From the NCBI GenBank assembly GCA_951406725.2, contig OX597815.1:9486001-9550000 (forward strand): a stretch of 64,000 bases of DNA. The letters run 5' to 3'. A model generated the notes under the pieces. That model saw only the letters and a program-made list of their open reading frames with translations. It made no database searches and was not told the origin of the DNA. The stretch is from Octopus vulgaris. Lineage: Eukaryota. This document shows positions 41,666-55,658 of this stretch, piece after piece; the stretch's first letter is position 1, and every line of letters starts with the position of its first letter. Made by a program: the position numbers and the translations under genes.

Positions 41666-42679
41666 GTGACATGAAGAAATAGTTTGTCCTATACTTTTAC
41701 AGGTGTAATAACTTGTCCTGTACATTTCCAGGTTTATAATCTTAAGAATATTACTTTTCATGTTTGCATTTTTCCATGTAATCCATGATTGTTCCAGGCA
41801 TTGCTGTTATACGATAATTAATAATGTGTCAATTAATGATACTGCCAACCTATCAACGAAGACATTGCAGACTTCAGCAAACTGTCTTTTTTGGGATAAC
41901 TAGCAGTATAACCCGGCCTTGCCCGGGATTAAGTTACGATTATTAAGCTAATCAAGTTCTTTATTTCAAACCAAACTAAGTAATATAGACGTCAAATTTG
42001 GGCGAAATCTGTTGAAATTAGTTATATTATATATGTATATATACTATATATATATTATATATAATATAAATATATATGGGCAACAGACACGAACACACAT
42101 ACACACACGTACGTACGTACACCTATTGCATGTTTTGTGCACGCATACATGTTCATAAACAGAAATGAATGGAAAAAATGTTGTTAAACTTGTAGATTAA
42201 CACTCGACTGAACCTGGAACCATGTGGTCGGTAAGCAAGCTACTTACCACACAGCCACTTCTGCGCCTGTTATAATGTGTATAGCATTACTAATCTACAT
42301 ACAAACAGAGAACGGCAGTATTTGGTCACAGACAAACTTGTCAAAGAGATTTGTGCGTTAGAAAACACAGGGTTCGCTGTTTCAAGTGAATATTTTGATT
42401 AGATTTTTTACCTGGCCAGCTTTCTATCTAATCAGTGAAAGCTTTGTTTACTGATTTCCATATATCGGAATGAATCTTTTTCCCCTTAGGTCAGAATATC
42501 CAGAGGTGTTCGTTACTGAAGAAAACAAAAGAGATTGGAATATCTGTTTTCTTAACAATCTGCCGTTGGCATTCTTAGCAAAATCTAAGCTTCTTAACAT
42601 GTAAGTCTCATTAAGAAGTTTCTCAGAGACAAAATATTAGAGCTAACACTGTTCTATGTTTGTATATACATTTTAAATG

Positions 42680-42743
<64 letters not shown>

Positions 42744-42994
42744 GAGATATATATGATATACATATGATATATGTGTGTAATTCCTTTAGAAAGCCATTAT
42801 GTTGCAAGTGGGATAAAAACAAAAGGATGGAAACAAAAACGAAACTAAACAAAGCAACAGTTTACATTTTTAAACGGCATTTCAATGTTTTGGGATTACG
42901 ACCCCTATTTTAAGAGAAAGTAAAGGATAGTGAAAGGCTGGTATCGATTGTTTTGAAGCAGGGTTGTCAGACATTCAACGAATCTATAAGCATA

Positions 42995-43025
<31 letters not shown>

Positions 43026-43062
43026 ATATATATGTATATCTCTCTCTCTCTATATATACATA

Positions 43063-43457
43063 TACTCTTTTACTCTTTTACTCTTTTCAGTCATTTGACT
43101 GCGGCCATGCTGGAGCACCGCCTTTAGTCGAGCAAATCGACCCCAGGACTTATTCTTTGTAAGCCTAATACTTATTCTATCGGTCTCTTTTGCCGAACCG
43201 CTAAGTGACGGGGGCGTAAACACACCAGCATCGGTTGTCAAGCAAGGCTAGGGGGACAAATACACACATACATATATATATATACATATATACGACAGGC
43301 TTCTTTCAGTTTCCGTCTACCAAATCCACTCACAAGGCATTGGTCGGCCCGGAGCTATAGCAGAAGACACTTGCCCAAGATGCCACGCAGTGAGACTGAA
43401 CCCGGAACCATGTGGTTGGTTAGCAAGCTACTTACCACACAGCCACTCTTGCGCCTA
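43063..43457 (-). mobile_element. SINE family A
   Basis: Full-length copy. Confidence 0.88.
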
Positions 43458-43473
43458 TATATATATATACATA

Positions 43474-43517
<44 letters not shown>

Positions 43518-43525
43518 ATCACATA

Positions 43526-43584
<59 letters not shown>

Positions 43585-44099
43585 TACACAATGTAAAATT
43601 ACGAATTACTAATAGATTCATGCAATGGAGACACAAGTCTGGGCAGGTTTTTATAACACGTCTTGTGTCTCCAAGCAACGTCCTGGTTCTGAGCACATGG
43701 CTTTTTCAGTGTACAAATCAGGATGCTAGAGCAAATGAAATCACGAGAAAAAGCTATAGATGCAAAAAGTGTAAGGGTAAAATAAAATAAAAACGAGAAA
43801 AGAAAAAAGAAAATTAGAATTATGACCCCTTTCAAGGTGAAGTCATAATTAAGCAGTTGTAGAATAAGTCAAGGGAGAGGAGTCCTAAATCTATATAGAA
43901 AGCTGCTCAATCGGGAGAAGGTGGTGTCCACAAGTTCATCAAAAGAAATTTGTCCATATTCTTTTATTCTTTTACACGTTTCAGCTTTATGGTTGTGGCC
44001 ATGCTAAAGCACCACCCGTGTAATCACCTTTTCAAAAAAAAAAAAGGCCAATCTTATGTGATTGGCTTTTGGTGAAGGTGGGAGATCGACACTGTTGCC

Positions 44100-46015
44100 C
44101 TCTATCAAGTTTCCTGTTTGATATTGGTTCATCTCAGGACCTTGGATACCAGGAGGTCAAGCTGTTTTTTTAAACATCTATCCCCAATTCATGAAGATGC
44201 CTCAGACGCTTTGGCAAGGCGTCAAATAGCTTGATGATATGCATACGAAACGGGGCATCGTTGCTCTTATCAATCCCGAAATCATGCACTGTAAGTGATT
44301 CTGGGATTGCCGTTACTTATGGTCCAAAGTGTCGTTGTTGCGGCTTCTGAGCACCAATTAGCTGGTAGCGGAGGGCTTGGAATTTCCCTGCAAATTGCAT
44401 GTTGTTTTCCTCATCCTATTTATATATGGCATCTAGATTTTTCTGTTGAAGATTAGCATCAGAAGGTTCCTTGGCTGCTTGTACTTTTGTATCGTCGGCA
44501 TAGCTGGTGAGTATCTCTGTTTGTGTAACTGATGGCATGTCTGAAAGAGCCACCATGAATAGCAGCAGCCCCAATACAGTTCCCTGAGGTACTCCACTCT
44601 CCATTACTGTCTCCTTGAAGAGGGCTCTGTTGGCTGCCATAGCCTAGCTTCTGTCTTCTAAGAAGTCATGCAATCACTCTCAAAGTTCCCGGCTACCCGA
44701 GTCTCCGTTGCTTGTGACATATCATCCCACGCACAACTTTATCAACGGCCTTTGCAAAGTCAAGCGATTCATTGTTTCAGCACCCAGCGATAGTGCTGCA
44801 AAAGCTGTGTAAAGCAGCTTCTTCCTGACCGGAAGCCCTGCTGGGTATCAGGAAGCAAGTCATTATCTTCAAGGAACGCAATGAGTTTCTTCCTGGCGGT
44901 GTATTCCATGATTTTGCTGACATGAGAAGATAGAGAGACAGCTCTATAATTTTCAGCATCTGCTCTGCTACCTCTATTATGGATAGGACATATCCTGTTT
45001 TCCTTTAACTTTCTGGGAAGTCTACCAGTTGCGACGAAGCTCTGGAAGGGAATCTGAAGTGGTTTTGCTAGAGTCCCTTTGCATTTCTTTAGAAGGATTG
45101 CTGGGAATCCATTAGAGCCCATGGCTAAGCTTGAGCTCATTTCATCAATGGCCGACATTTAATCTCTTTCTGATTACTTAGTGTAGATCTGTGGTGCCAA
45201 AAAACTCATTAGATATAGCTGCTTGCAAATGTCCCAATGGAGTGGTGAAAATAATCTTGTATTGCATTTTCAGTATTTCACTTGTCCTCGTGGGGTGGGG
45301 GTCTGCAGTGGGTTAGCCATTTACTTCAAACAGCGGCCCTGTTTTGTATCGTACTGAAGCAGACTCTTTTGGATGATATCTGTTGAAGACTTTAGGGTTT
45401 GCCTTAATATTTTTGATAGCCCTGGCTTCTTTTTCTGTCCTCTCCTTTTCATGGGAGTGTTTGAGTTCATTTTCGTTGTCGAGCAACGTTTGTTTGAAAT
45501 AGGATCGTCGTTTGTTAGCCTTTAATCGCCCATTTAGACGATTTGAGATTTTTGCACGTCGTCGCGTTACAGTCCTCCTATCCCTGGGAATTATATTTTT
45601 CTGTTGGTTTGGCATTCTCTCTAGAACAGAGACTTACTGCGTATGTCGCGCATGATTGTCATAAAGTGCTGCAACTTTATGTTAATATCTTGCGTAGAGA
45701 AACTGGCAGACCAGTTTTGTTCTATTATCTCTTTCTCGATACTCTTCCAACCAACTTTGTGAAAGCTCAGGTTGGAGAGGAGATGGGTGATTCTAGTAGC
45801 CTGCATGGCTGTAGTCTTCTGCGGACCAGATATTGTTAGTTCTATTAAGTTATGGTCTGAGAAAATCGTCGGTGTCACCTTAACATTATGGATGAACACC
45901 TGTTATTTATGAAGTAGAGGTTCAGGACATGTTTTCCACTTTTGGGGTGGAGGATTATTTGCTCCATAAAGAGCATATTTGTGAGGTGAAGCAGAGATTC
46001 GGCATGCCTCAGGCC
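44100..46015 (-). mobile_element. Decayed CR1/L2/Jockey-group LINE ORF2 (APE C-terminus plus RT)
   Basis: FSDHNLI, NYRAVSLSSH, QQGFRSGRSC, SGVPQGTVLG, SYADDT across broken minus-strand ORFs. Confidence 0.85.
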
Positions 46016-46019
46016 GTGC

Positions 46020-46440
46020 AGTGACATATGTTTGCATTTGCTGAAAATTTCTGATTTGGAATTCAGTAGTGCAGTGGAATCATGAGATCTAAAAAGATTA
46101 TACCATTTTTCATTTGTGCATAAGTTGCATTTCTTAGATCCATTAACATAAGGCATGAATTTCCCTACGATTTTCCACTTGATTGTATGTGGTGTGCAGT
46201 TGGTCTTCCAACCCCGTACGTGGCTAGTCAAATTTATGACTTTATTTTTATTGATGTGCCGGAAAGAAGATTGCATAACGCCTTTCGAAATCTCCTTCAC
46301 ATAACCCAATGTAATTCTTCATCTCGCTTGAGACTATTAGTATCTCGTATCTATATACTCTGTACATTAAATTATATTTATCTCTCATTGTATCGAATAC
46401 TTTTTTGGTTGATCTTACCTTAACGAACAGTAAACTATAT
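46020..46440 (-). pseudogene. Penelope-like element GIY-YIG endonuclease fragment
   Basis: Frameshifted MYRV...YIGLCEGDFERRY and IKWKI...CNLCTNEK...LLNSKSEIFSKCKH, typical of the PLE endonuclease C-terminus. Confidence 0.8.
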
Positions 46441-46464
46441 ATAAATGCGACCACGTTGTATCAC

Positions 46465-46647
46465 GTGTATCGTTGGCGATTTTTTTCCTTCTTGAATCTT
46501 TCCTTTTCCTATGTTTCTGACGAAGAGCTCCGCTCGAAACGTTAAATCCTCCTTTCTTTCCTTTCCTGAGCGTCCAGTAGCACTATACTTGTTCCGCGTC
46601 CTCGCGTTGTTGTGTTTTCTCTTTGTGTTTTCATGTTTGGATTAACT
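46465..46647 (+). mobile_element. Related short repeat with canonical hammerhead core (partial inverse copy at 33252-33352)
   Basis: gttt-CTGACGA-agagc tcc gctc-GAAA-cg-TT-aaat at 46513-46547. Confidence 0.6.
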
Positions 46648-46652
46648 CTTTG

Positions 46653-47057
46653 CTCTCTTTTTCACTCTTTTACTTGTTTCAGTCATTTGACTGCGGCCAT
46701 GCTGGAGCACCGCCTTTAATCGAGCAACTCGACCCCGGACTTATTCTTTGTAAGCCCAGTACTTATTCTATCGGTCTGTTTTGCCGAACCGCTAAGTGAC
46801 GGGGTCATAAACACACCAGCATCGGTTGTCAAGCAATGCTAGGGGGACAAGCACAGACAAACAAGCATACACGCACACACATATATATACATATATACGA
46901 CAGGCTTCTTTCAGTTTCCGTCTACCAAATCCACTCACAAGGCTTCGGTCGGACGAGGCTATAGTAGAAGACACTTGCCCAAGGTGCCACGCAGTGGGAC
47001 TGAATCCGGAACCATGTGGTTGGTTAGCAAGCTACTTACCACACAGCCACGCCTGCG

Positions 47058-47060
<3 letters not shown>
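46653..47060 (-). mobile_element. SINE family A
   Basis: Full-length copy. Confidence 0.88.
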
Positions 47061-47101
<41 letters not shown>

Positions 47102-47815
47102 GCGCGCTTGTGTGCGTGTGTGTATACGGTAAAAAGTTTAGCAGAGTGACAAGAAAAGAACATACGAAAAACTAGAAAAACACACAAAAGACTGAAACAC
47201 GCTCCTCCCTCGTCACATCTTCGACGCCTTGTCGATATTATTCTTCAATTTGGTGGCGTCAACAGCAAAATACTTGGGGGATATAAAGCAGCGCACACGA
47301 AGGACATAATAAGACAAGTAAAAACAAAGGCGGAATTTGTTGGCAGACGTTAAAATGCACGGGATATGGGGACAACGAAGAACTATGTAAGACGAAAAGG
47401 GACGGTAACGGAAATATAAACAAATAATAAATGACACAGGTAATTTTCTTTTTATATACATGCATGGCCTTTCGGTTATATATATATATATATATATATA
47501 CATATACACACACGCACACACGTATGCAAATATATTAATATACAGTGCCCGTTTCCATATGTTCTTTCTCTCTTTCTCCCTCTTTGCTTATATATATATA
47601 TATATACATACATACATACATACGTACATAATACATACATGCATACGTATATATATGCATGCATACGTACATACATACATACATACATACATACATACAT
47701 ACATACATACATACACACATACATATATAACATATAATATAATAATGATATATATATATGCATAATATTAAATGCGTAAGTAAATTATATATATTTTCAT
47801 TTATACATATATATA

Positions 47816-47906
<91 letters not shown>

Positions 47907-47923
47907 GTAGTGTGTGTGTTTGT

Positions 47924-47992
<69 letters not shown>

Positions 47993-49127
47993 GATATATG
48001 TATGTCTGTATACATATATATGCATTTACATGTATGCATGTATGTATGTATACATATATATGCATTTACATGTATGTATGTATGTATGTATGTATGTATA
48101 TATGTATGCTATAATTTTTTTTCCCTTCATATGCTATACTTGCAACGTAGTTCAGTAACTATTATTGGTAAAAAATAAAATTTGACTTTGAAGTCAAATA
48201 TAAAAGAAAAGATGTTAATAAAAAGAGAGAGAGAGAGAGAGATCTCGATAAAGAGAATGAGAGAGAGAGAGAGAGAGAGACTGAGAGATAAGTGAACGAG
48301 GAAAAGAGAGAGAAAAAAACATTCAAGAAAGCAACCAGCCAAAAAAATGAAACGTTTGTGAAAGAAAATGGATAAAGTATTTATGTTTGAAGCTACAAGA
48401 AAATAACCTCCAGACAAAAGAGTTCTACTATGACTCCATATCACAGAAAATTAGGCTCTTTTCAAGGAATAAAAAGGGGTAAAATATATATATTATCTTT
48501 ACATCTGACAGATTTCAAAGAAACTTCTTTTCCTCTAATCAAATCTAATTTTCTGTCCATTTTTAAAGCACAATCTGCTTTGGATGATCCTTAATCAAGA
48601 ATTGATCCTATTTTCTTATATAACTAAATACGCCAACCTAGTTGAGAAATTTTTTTTTCTTAAGCACACTCTCTTACATCTCCCATATTTTTCTTATCCT
48701 AATAAAATATAAAATATAAAATAATGCATATAAAAGTACAAGAAATAATGTAAAATATATAGCATGCTAAAATAGTTACTAATCATCTGCTTCCATATTG
48801 GTAACCAATCAGATTGCCTTTGCTTGAGTCAGTCAGGCCAATCAGAGACGATTGATATAATATTTCTGAATCAGTGATTGTTCATTGTCATAATACTTCA
48901 GCGTTTCTGTTTGGTTTTTTGTTTTGTTTCTGGGGGGGGGGGGTCTCCCGATTTCTTGGAAATAAAATATAAAAGAAAATGATTCCTGTTCCGTTTCGTT
49001 CTGCCCCCAGCCATTTATTAATAACTGATAGATAATAACTGATATACCAATTTTTATTATTGGAGCTGTTGTTGTGGTTGTATTTTGTGTTGTTCCTATT
49101 GCATTTTTTTCTTGCTCAATGCGTTGC

Positions 49128-49128
49128 T

Positions 49129-49160
<32 letters not shown>

Positions 49161-49597
49161 CTTGTTGTTGTTGTTGTTGTTCTTCTTCTTCTTCTTCTTC
49201 CTTCTTCTTCTTCTTCTCCTTCTTCTTCTTCTCCTTCTTCTTCTTCTTCTTATTCTTCTTCTTCTTCTTTTTCTTCTTCTTTTTCTTCTCCTCTTTCTTC
49301 TTCCTCCTCTCTTCCTCCTCCTCCTCCTGCTTCTTCTTCTTCTTCGTCTTCTTCTTCTTCTTCGTCTTCTTCTTCTTCGCCGTCTTCTTTTTCTACTCCT
49401 CCTTCTCCTCTTCCTACTTCTTCTTCTTCATCTTCTTCATCTTCTTCATCTTCTTCTTCTTTTTCTTCTTCACCGTCTTCTTCTTTTTCTATTTCTTTTT
49501 CTCCTCCTCCTCCTCCTCCTCCTTCTTCTTCTTCTTCTTCTTCTTCTTCTTCGTCTTCTTCTTCTTCTCCTCCTCCTCCTCCGCCGCCGCCGCCGTC
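49128..49597. repeat. Compound (TTG)n-(TTC)n-(CCT)n-(CCG)n microsatellite
   Basis: Direct inspection. Confidence 0.95.
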
Positions 49598-50431
49598 TCT
49601 TTGTTAGTGAATATAATGCTGATATTTCGTAGCAACTTCTATATGTCGTCATAGTTTTTGTTTCTTGCTACTATTGCTCCGCCCCCACCCTCTTATCTTC
49701 CGTTAATTCTTCAACAGTTAATCTCATAGAACACCGAATATTAGTAGTTCTGTTCTAAAACTGACAAAAACTTTAGGAGAGATTTTTTTTTTTTTTGTTC
49801 ATTTTAAAAAAAAAAGAAACTGCTTAAACAGAATTTAATACTAAATCGTTTCCCAGCAAAATATGATTTCCCCAACCTCAATCTGTAATTCCGTCAATTT
49901 ATATGAGCTTTGCCAAAAAAAAAAAAAAAAATTGCTAATTTGCATAGAGCAAGAATATCGTTGACGTAATATTTCCGATCACAGCTGAATACAACTGTAA
50001 CTTCAACTTCCTGTAGTTTCCTTCGTGGAAACGTAATTTTTCAGAAGAGCGTTATACTAATCTGCCCAGCATCGTAGCAGTGTTGAATTTTGTATAAATC
50101 AAATACAAATCTCATTACTTGCAGATATCGCTCGATATGACGTGCGGTTTTGCTGAATATCAATCTAATCCTCATCTGTTTTAAGTGCTGTAGGATTGAT
50201 GTAAGCCCTACGTGAGTCTGTGACATAGTTTTCGTTTCCTAGTTGAATACAAATTCAGTTCAGTGAATTTATTGAAGATCATGAAAAGACAGATATCATA
50301 AGATTTTGCAAGATTCTTGATGTGAAATCGTACGTTGACACAGATATTGTTATATTTAGGGATGGTCATTTTTTTCTTTGCCAAATAAACACATGTTCTT
50401 CAGATAATTTTTATTGTTGTTCTTATTTTAG

Positions 50432-50830
50432 ACACTAAAATAAAAATAAAAAAACAATAATAAAGCTGAAGTGAAGAACGAATATACAGTGCGTGTGTTT
50501 ATTTGGCAACAAAAAAGTGACCGTCCCGAAATATAACACTAAAATAAAAACAATAATAAAACTGAAGTGAAGAACGAATATACAGTGCGTGTGTTTATTT
50601 GGCAACAAAAAGTGACCGTCCCGAAATATAACACTAAAATAAAAACAATAATAAAACTGAAGTGAAGAACGAATATACAGTGCGTGTGTTTATTTGGCAA
50701 CGAGAAAGTGACCGTCCCGAAATATAACACTAAAATAAAAACAATAATAAAACTGAAGTGAAGAACGAATATACAGTGCGTGTGTTTATTTGGCAACAAA
50801 AAAGTGACCGTCCCGAAATATAACAATATC
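50432..50830 (+). repeat. Minisatellite, 4 x ~95-96 bp, inverted relative to 50343-50430
   Basis: cactaaaataaaaacaataataaaactgaagtgaagaacg...gtcccgaaatataa repeated at ~50433, 50537, 50632, 50728. Confidence 0.85.
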
Positions 50831-52285
50831 ACAGAATGTATTTCCTGAACAAATGAAAATGGTAGAGAAGGAGATATGGCAACACACCATTGATAGAGTG
50901 CTGGTCTAAATTATTTAGAGAATTTGGTTTCCTCTCCCAACGTCCTGAGTTCAAATCTTGTTAGGGACGGATTAGCCTTTCATTTATGCAAGGTCGATAA
51001 AACAAGCAGTGCCACTTGTGTACTTGTTCGATAGAATTGACCGTTTCTTCTTTACAAAACTTGTGGTCTTCTACTAACAAAAGAAATTATTCCTATTACA
51101 TCGATGGAGAATGATGGAGAGCAAAATCCACAGATAAAAGGCCATGCGTTATATAGTTAGGCCTCTTAAATGTTCACTCAATACAAATCCCGCCGGGGAG
51201 TCGACTTTGCTTTTCATCCTTCCGGTGTCGATACAATATAGTTCTTGAGAATAATGGGATCGATTTATTGAACTGCTCCAAAATATAAGGCTTTAGTACT
51301 TTGTAAAACAAGTATCCAACTTTGTTGGCCAAGAGCTAAAAGCGGACAAAACTAGACCGTGATGTAGTTTTACTTTCGATCAGAAGCGATTTCGATTCAC
51401 TTTCAGCACTGAAATACGTGGCCGTATTTTGTCTGCCGCTACGTTCTGAGTTCAAATTCCGCCGAGGTTGACTTTGCCTTTCATCCTTTCGGGGTCGATA
51501 AATTAAGTACCAGTTACGCACTGGGGTCGATGTAATCGACTTAATCCATTTGTCTGTCCTTGTTTGTCCCCTCTGTGTTTAGCCCCTTGTGGGTAGTAAA
51601 GAAATAGATATTCCTAAGAAATGCAAGAACACCACACAATCTCATTTGTAAATATAAATTAATCACTTATGACGGTCCCTGTCCAAGTGAATAACTGTTA
51701 CTCTGTGTTCTGTGTTCAAAAGTTCCTGAGGCGGCTTAGCCCTTTTCCCACTCTTAAAACCATTTTTGTTTTCATCAAGAATGTCATATCACTAAAAAAC
51801 TTGAGTATTTGAATTCCTAAGAATGACATTCTTGAAAATACTGAGGAGGAATTACAACCGTGTTTCGTGGTCTGCTACCACAACAGCTCCTTTATAGGAT
51901 CCAGTTAGCTCAAGACATCATCAGGAGGAACCACGTCCGGTTTCGGCCCCTACTCCTCTACCGTTTTGACGTGGTGGCCCCTCCCCCATCCTTTCGGAGG
52001 TGTCTTCAGCTCGGGTGTTGGGTGCATGTCTTCTATCTTCTTTCTTCTGTTCCCTGGCCTCTTCGATGTATCGTCAGCGAGTGTCAGCCGGTGACTGACT
52101 GTATTGTCAAATTTCTTCTTGGTCCTCATATAAGCATCGTACGAGACTACAAGAGAATATCTACCTGGTTGCTCGACTTGCTAGATATAAGAATTGAATT
52201 TACCTTAAATGACACTCTCTTAAACAATAATGGCACATGAATGATAAAGCCCATTTATATGCGTGTAATACAGTCATGTTATATC

Positions 52286-52520
52286 TGTTTCTTTATTACC
52301 CACAAGGGGTTAAACATAAAGGGGACAAACAAGGAGAGACATAGGTATTAAGTCGATTACATCAACCCCCAGTGCGAAACTGGTATTTAATTTATCGACC
52401 CCGAAAGGATGAAAGGCAAAGTCGACCTCGGCGGAATTTGAACTCAGAACGTAACGGCAGATGAAATACGGCTACGCATTTCGCCCGGCGTGCTAACGGT
52501 TCTGCCAGCTCGCCGCCTTA
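52286..52520 (-). mobile_element. SINE family B monomer (others: 5455-5676 -, 14983-15110 -, 31250-31395 +, 31443-31637 -, 37735-37963 +, 51412-51610 +)
   Basis: TSD tacagtcatgttatatc at 52269-52285 and 52525-52541. Confidence 0.87.
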
Positions 52521-52922
52521 AGTTACAGTCATGTTATATCGTGTGTATACGTGCATACATTACATATCCTAATGTGTGTGTGTGCGCGTGTACGTGCGCC
52601 TGCATGCGTGTGTGTGTGTATGAACGTGTGTATCGTAGCATCTCGCGTTCGATCCCAAAGGAAACAAGTATGGTGTATAGAGTGTTGTTGTTGTTGTTGT
52701 TATAGCCGCCGTGTGTTCTTCGTATGGAGTTCGCAATATAAGTGTAGTGACTGAATTTAGTGAATTTCAAAGAGAGATTTGTATGTTGATAACATACATA
52801 CATACACACATATATGTGTGTGTGTGTGTGTGTGGGTGTTTGTGTGTGCATGTGGTAGTGTGTGCGCGCATGTGGTAGCGTGTGTGTGTATATGTGTATA
52901 TATTCATACATACATACATACA

Positions 52923-52953
<31 letters not shown>

Positions 52954-52969
52954 GTACATACATACATAC

Positions 52970-53002
<33 letters not shown>

Positions 53003-53497
53003 AGTGAGTGTTTGTGTGTGCGTGTGGTAGTGTGTGTGTGCATGTGATAGCTTGTGTGTGTATATGTGTATATATACATACATACATACATACATACATA
53101 CATACACACATACATACATACATACATACATACATATGTACATACATACATACATACTTATATAGTTATATATATGTGTATGTGTGTGCGTGCGTGTGGT
53201 AGTGTATGTGTGCATGTGATAGAGAGTGTGTGTATATGTGTATATATTCATACATACATACATACATACATTCATACATACATACAAAACAAAACAAAAA
53301 GTTGCATCGTTGTGGCTGTATTGTCTTTGCGCTTTCGAGTGTCGGTTCTTATCTGATGGTTCTCCGTTCTTTTCACTGCCGGTGCAGCTTCGTGAGGCAA
53401 AACATCATTGTTTGGAGCCAAGCACTTAGCGGAAGACATCAGCATTACTTCCGTTCTGTTTTTTAATGATTTGCTTTGGTATACGTTTTAGTGAGTA

Positions 53498-53898
53498 CTA
53501 GCAGTATCGCCCGGCGTTGCTCGGGTTTGTAAGGGAAATAACTATATAAGCATTTTTAGAGATGTAAAGTATAATAGCCATCTTAATATGGCTAACCTCA
53601 AAGGGGGGGGGGTCATGTAGCTTTTTATGTTCTGAGATTTAATAATACATTTTTAGAGAGTTACTTCCCTTATATAATAGCCAAAAAAATGCATTAAAAT
53701 GGAAAAAAATGATGGTAAATTTTTTTTTTTTAATCGTAGACTCATCGTAGACGCGCGCTAATACCCAGAAGGGCTCGATATGAATCACGACTATAAGATA
53801 CGCGCTTTTGGTTACACTGTACCGCAAAATGTGGGAGTAGTTAGGAATCTAAATCGTAGGAGACAGACACCACACAACATCATTTTTATATATAAAGA
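53498..53898 (-). mobile_element. Non-autonomous Helitron
   Basis: Minus strand starts TC, ends with hairpin cccgagc aac gccggg then CTAG, inserted between A and T; a similar 3' end at 41900-41927. Confidence 0.82.
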
Positions 53899-54057
53899 TT
53901 TGTTACCTTGTTTTATATTTGCAAGTTCCTGCTGGCTACTCCCACTTGTTCTGCGCTTTCTTTTGTTTGATATTGGATAAACACTCAAATCTCAGAATTA
54001 TTATCATACTTGCTATTGCCTTGTGTCACAAATCTGTTTTATTTATTTATTTATTTA

Positions 54058-54431
54058 ATATTAATAGTTATCGCCAAACTAATATGGTAGTCTATAAATA
54101 TAAGACTAAAGCTGTCGCTGATTAGCTCCAAGAGGCCATCGCCTCTAGCTAGCTATATGACACACGAACCTGCGTCCATTATAACCTTCGAACAGGGGAG
54201 GTCAGCCGCTTCACTTTGCTGGTCAGACATCTGCAGACATGTTCGAAGGTTGTAATGGACGCAGGTTCGTGTGTCATATAGCTAGCTAGAGGCGATGGCC
54301 TCTTGGAGCTAATCAGCGACAGCTTTAGTCTTATATTTATAGACTACCATATTAGTTTGGCGATAACTATTAATATCCAGTAACGCTGCCGTAATCTCCT
54401 TTAGAGAGACTTAGTAATTTTAATATTTTTA
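54058..54431 (+). mobile_element. Diverged relative of the 33.7-kb foldback element
   Basis: Near-perfect inverted arms 54058-54194 / 54240-54376; shares atagttatcgcca...gaggccatcgcct...aaccttcgaaca and the agagagacttagt..ttttaatatt end. Confidence 0.7.
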
Positions 54432-54434
54432 TTT

Positions 54435-54659
54435 ACTCTTTTACTCTTTTACTTGTTTCAGTCATTTGACTGCGGCCATGCTGGAGCACCGCGTTTAGTC
54501 GAGCAAATCGACCCCGGGACTTATTCTTTTGTAAGCCCAGTACTTATTCTATCGGTCTCTTTTGCCGAACCGCTAAGTAACGGGGACATAAACACACCAG
54601 CATCGGTTGTCAAGCAATGCTAGGGGGACAAACACAGACACACAAACACACACACACAA

Positions 54660-54698
<39 letters not shown>

Positions 54699-54862
54699 TA
54701 CGACGGGCTTCTTTCAGTTTCCGTCTACCAAATCCACTCACAAGGCTTTGGTCGGCCCGAAGCTATAGCAGAAGACACTTGCCCAAGGTGCCACGCAGTG
54801 GAACTGAACCCGGAACCATGTGGTTGGTAAACAAGCTAATTACCACACAGCCACTCCTTCGC
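54435..54862 (-). mobile_element. SINE family A
   Basis: Full-length copy. Confidence 0.88.
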
Positions 54863-54867
54863 CATTT

Positions 54868-54906
<39 letters not shown>

Positions 54907-55505
54907 GTGTGTGTGTTGATTTCTTTGTTAGACAAATAAGTGCCAGCGGTTTACAGTGATAACAGAGTGAGATCAAGACGGATAGGAAGGTGGGAGATGA
55001 GATAAAATAAGACACAGGATAGGGAGACAAGCACTGCCATAAACAGTCATATTTTCCTTATTTTTTCCATTTTCTTTTTCTTTTGAAGTCCTTCAACTAT
55101 TCCTTGTCTCTAGTTGCTTGATTGGGTGTCTTATACAGTAACACACACACACACAGACGTACACACACACAAACGTACACACACACACACACGTTACACA
55201 CACACACATGTACACACACACACACACAGACGTACACACACACATGCATGCGCGCGCACATACATACACACTCATACATGCAAGCACGCGCATATAAGAA
55301 TATACACACTCAGAAACATCACACACAAAAAAGGGATACATATAGAGATACATTCACAGATACACAGGAACACACACACACACACGCATGCATACACACA
55401 CACGCATGCATACACACACACACACAAGCATGCATACACACACACACACGAGCATGCACACACACACACACACGCATGCATACATACACACACACACACA
55501 CACAT

Positions 55506-55544
<39 letters not shown>

Positions 55545-55658
55545 AAAGAACACAAGTACAGAGACATACCCACTTACATATAAACACACCACCCGATATA
55601 AACCAGTCATCTGTGTTGTAGTATTTGGTGATGATGTAATTCTTTCTTTTGCCTGTAG

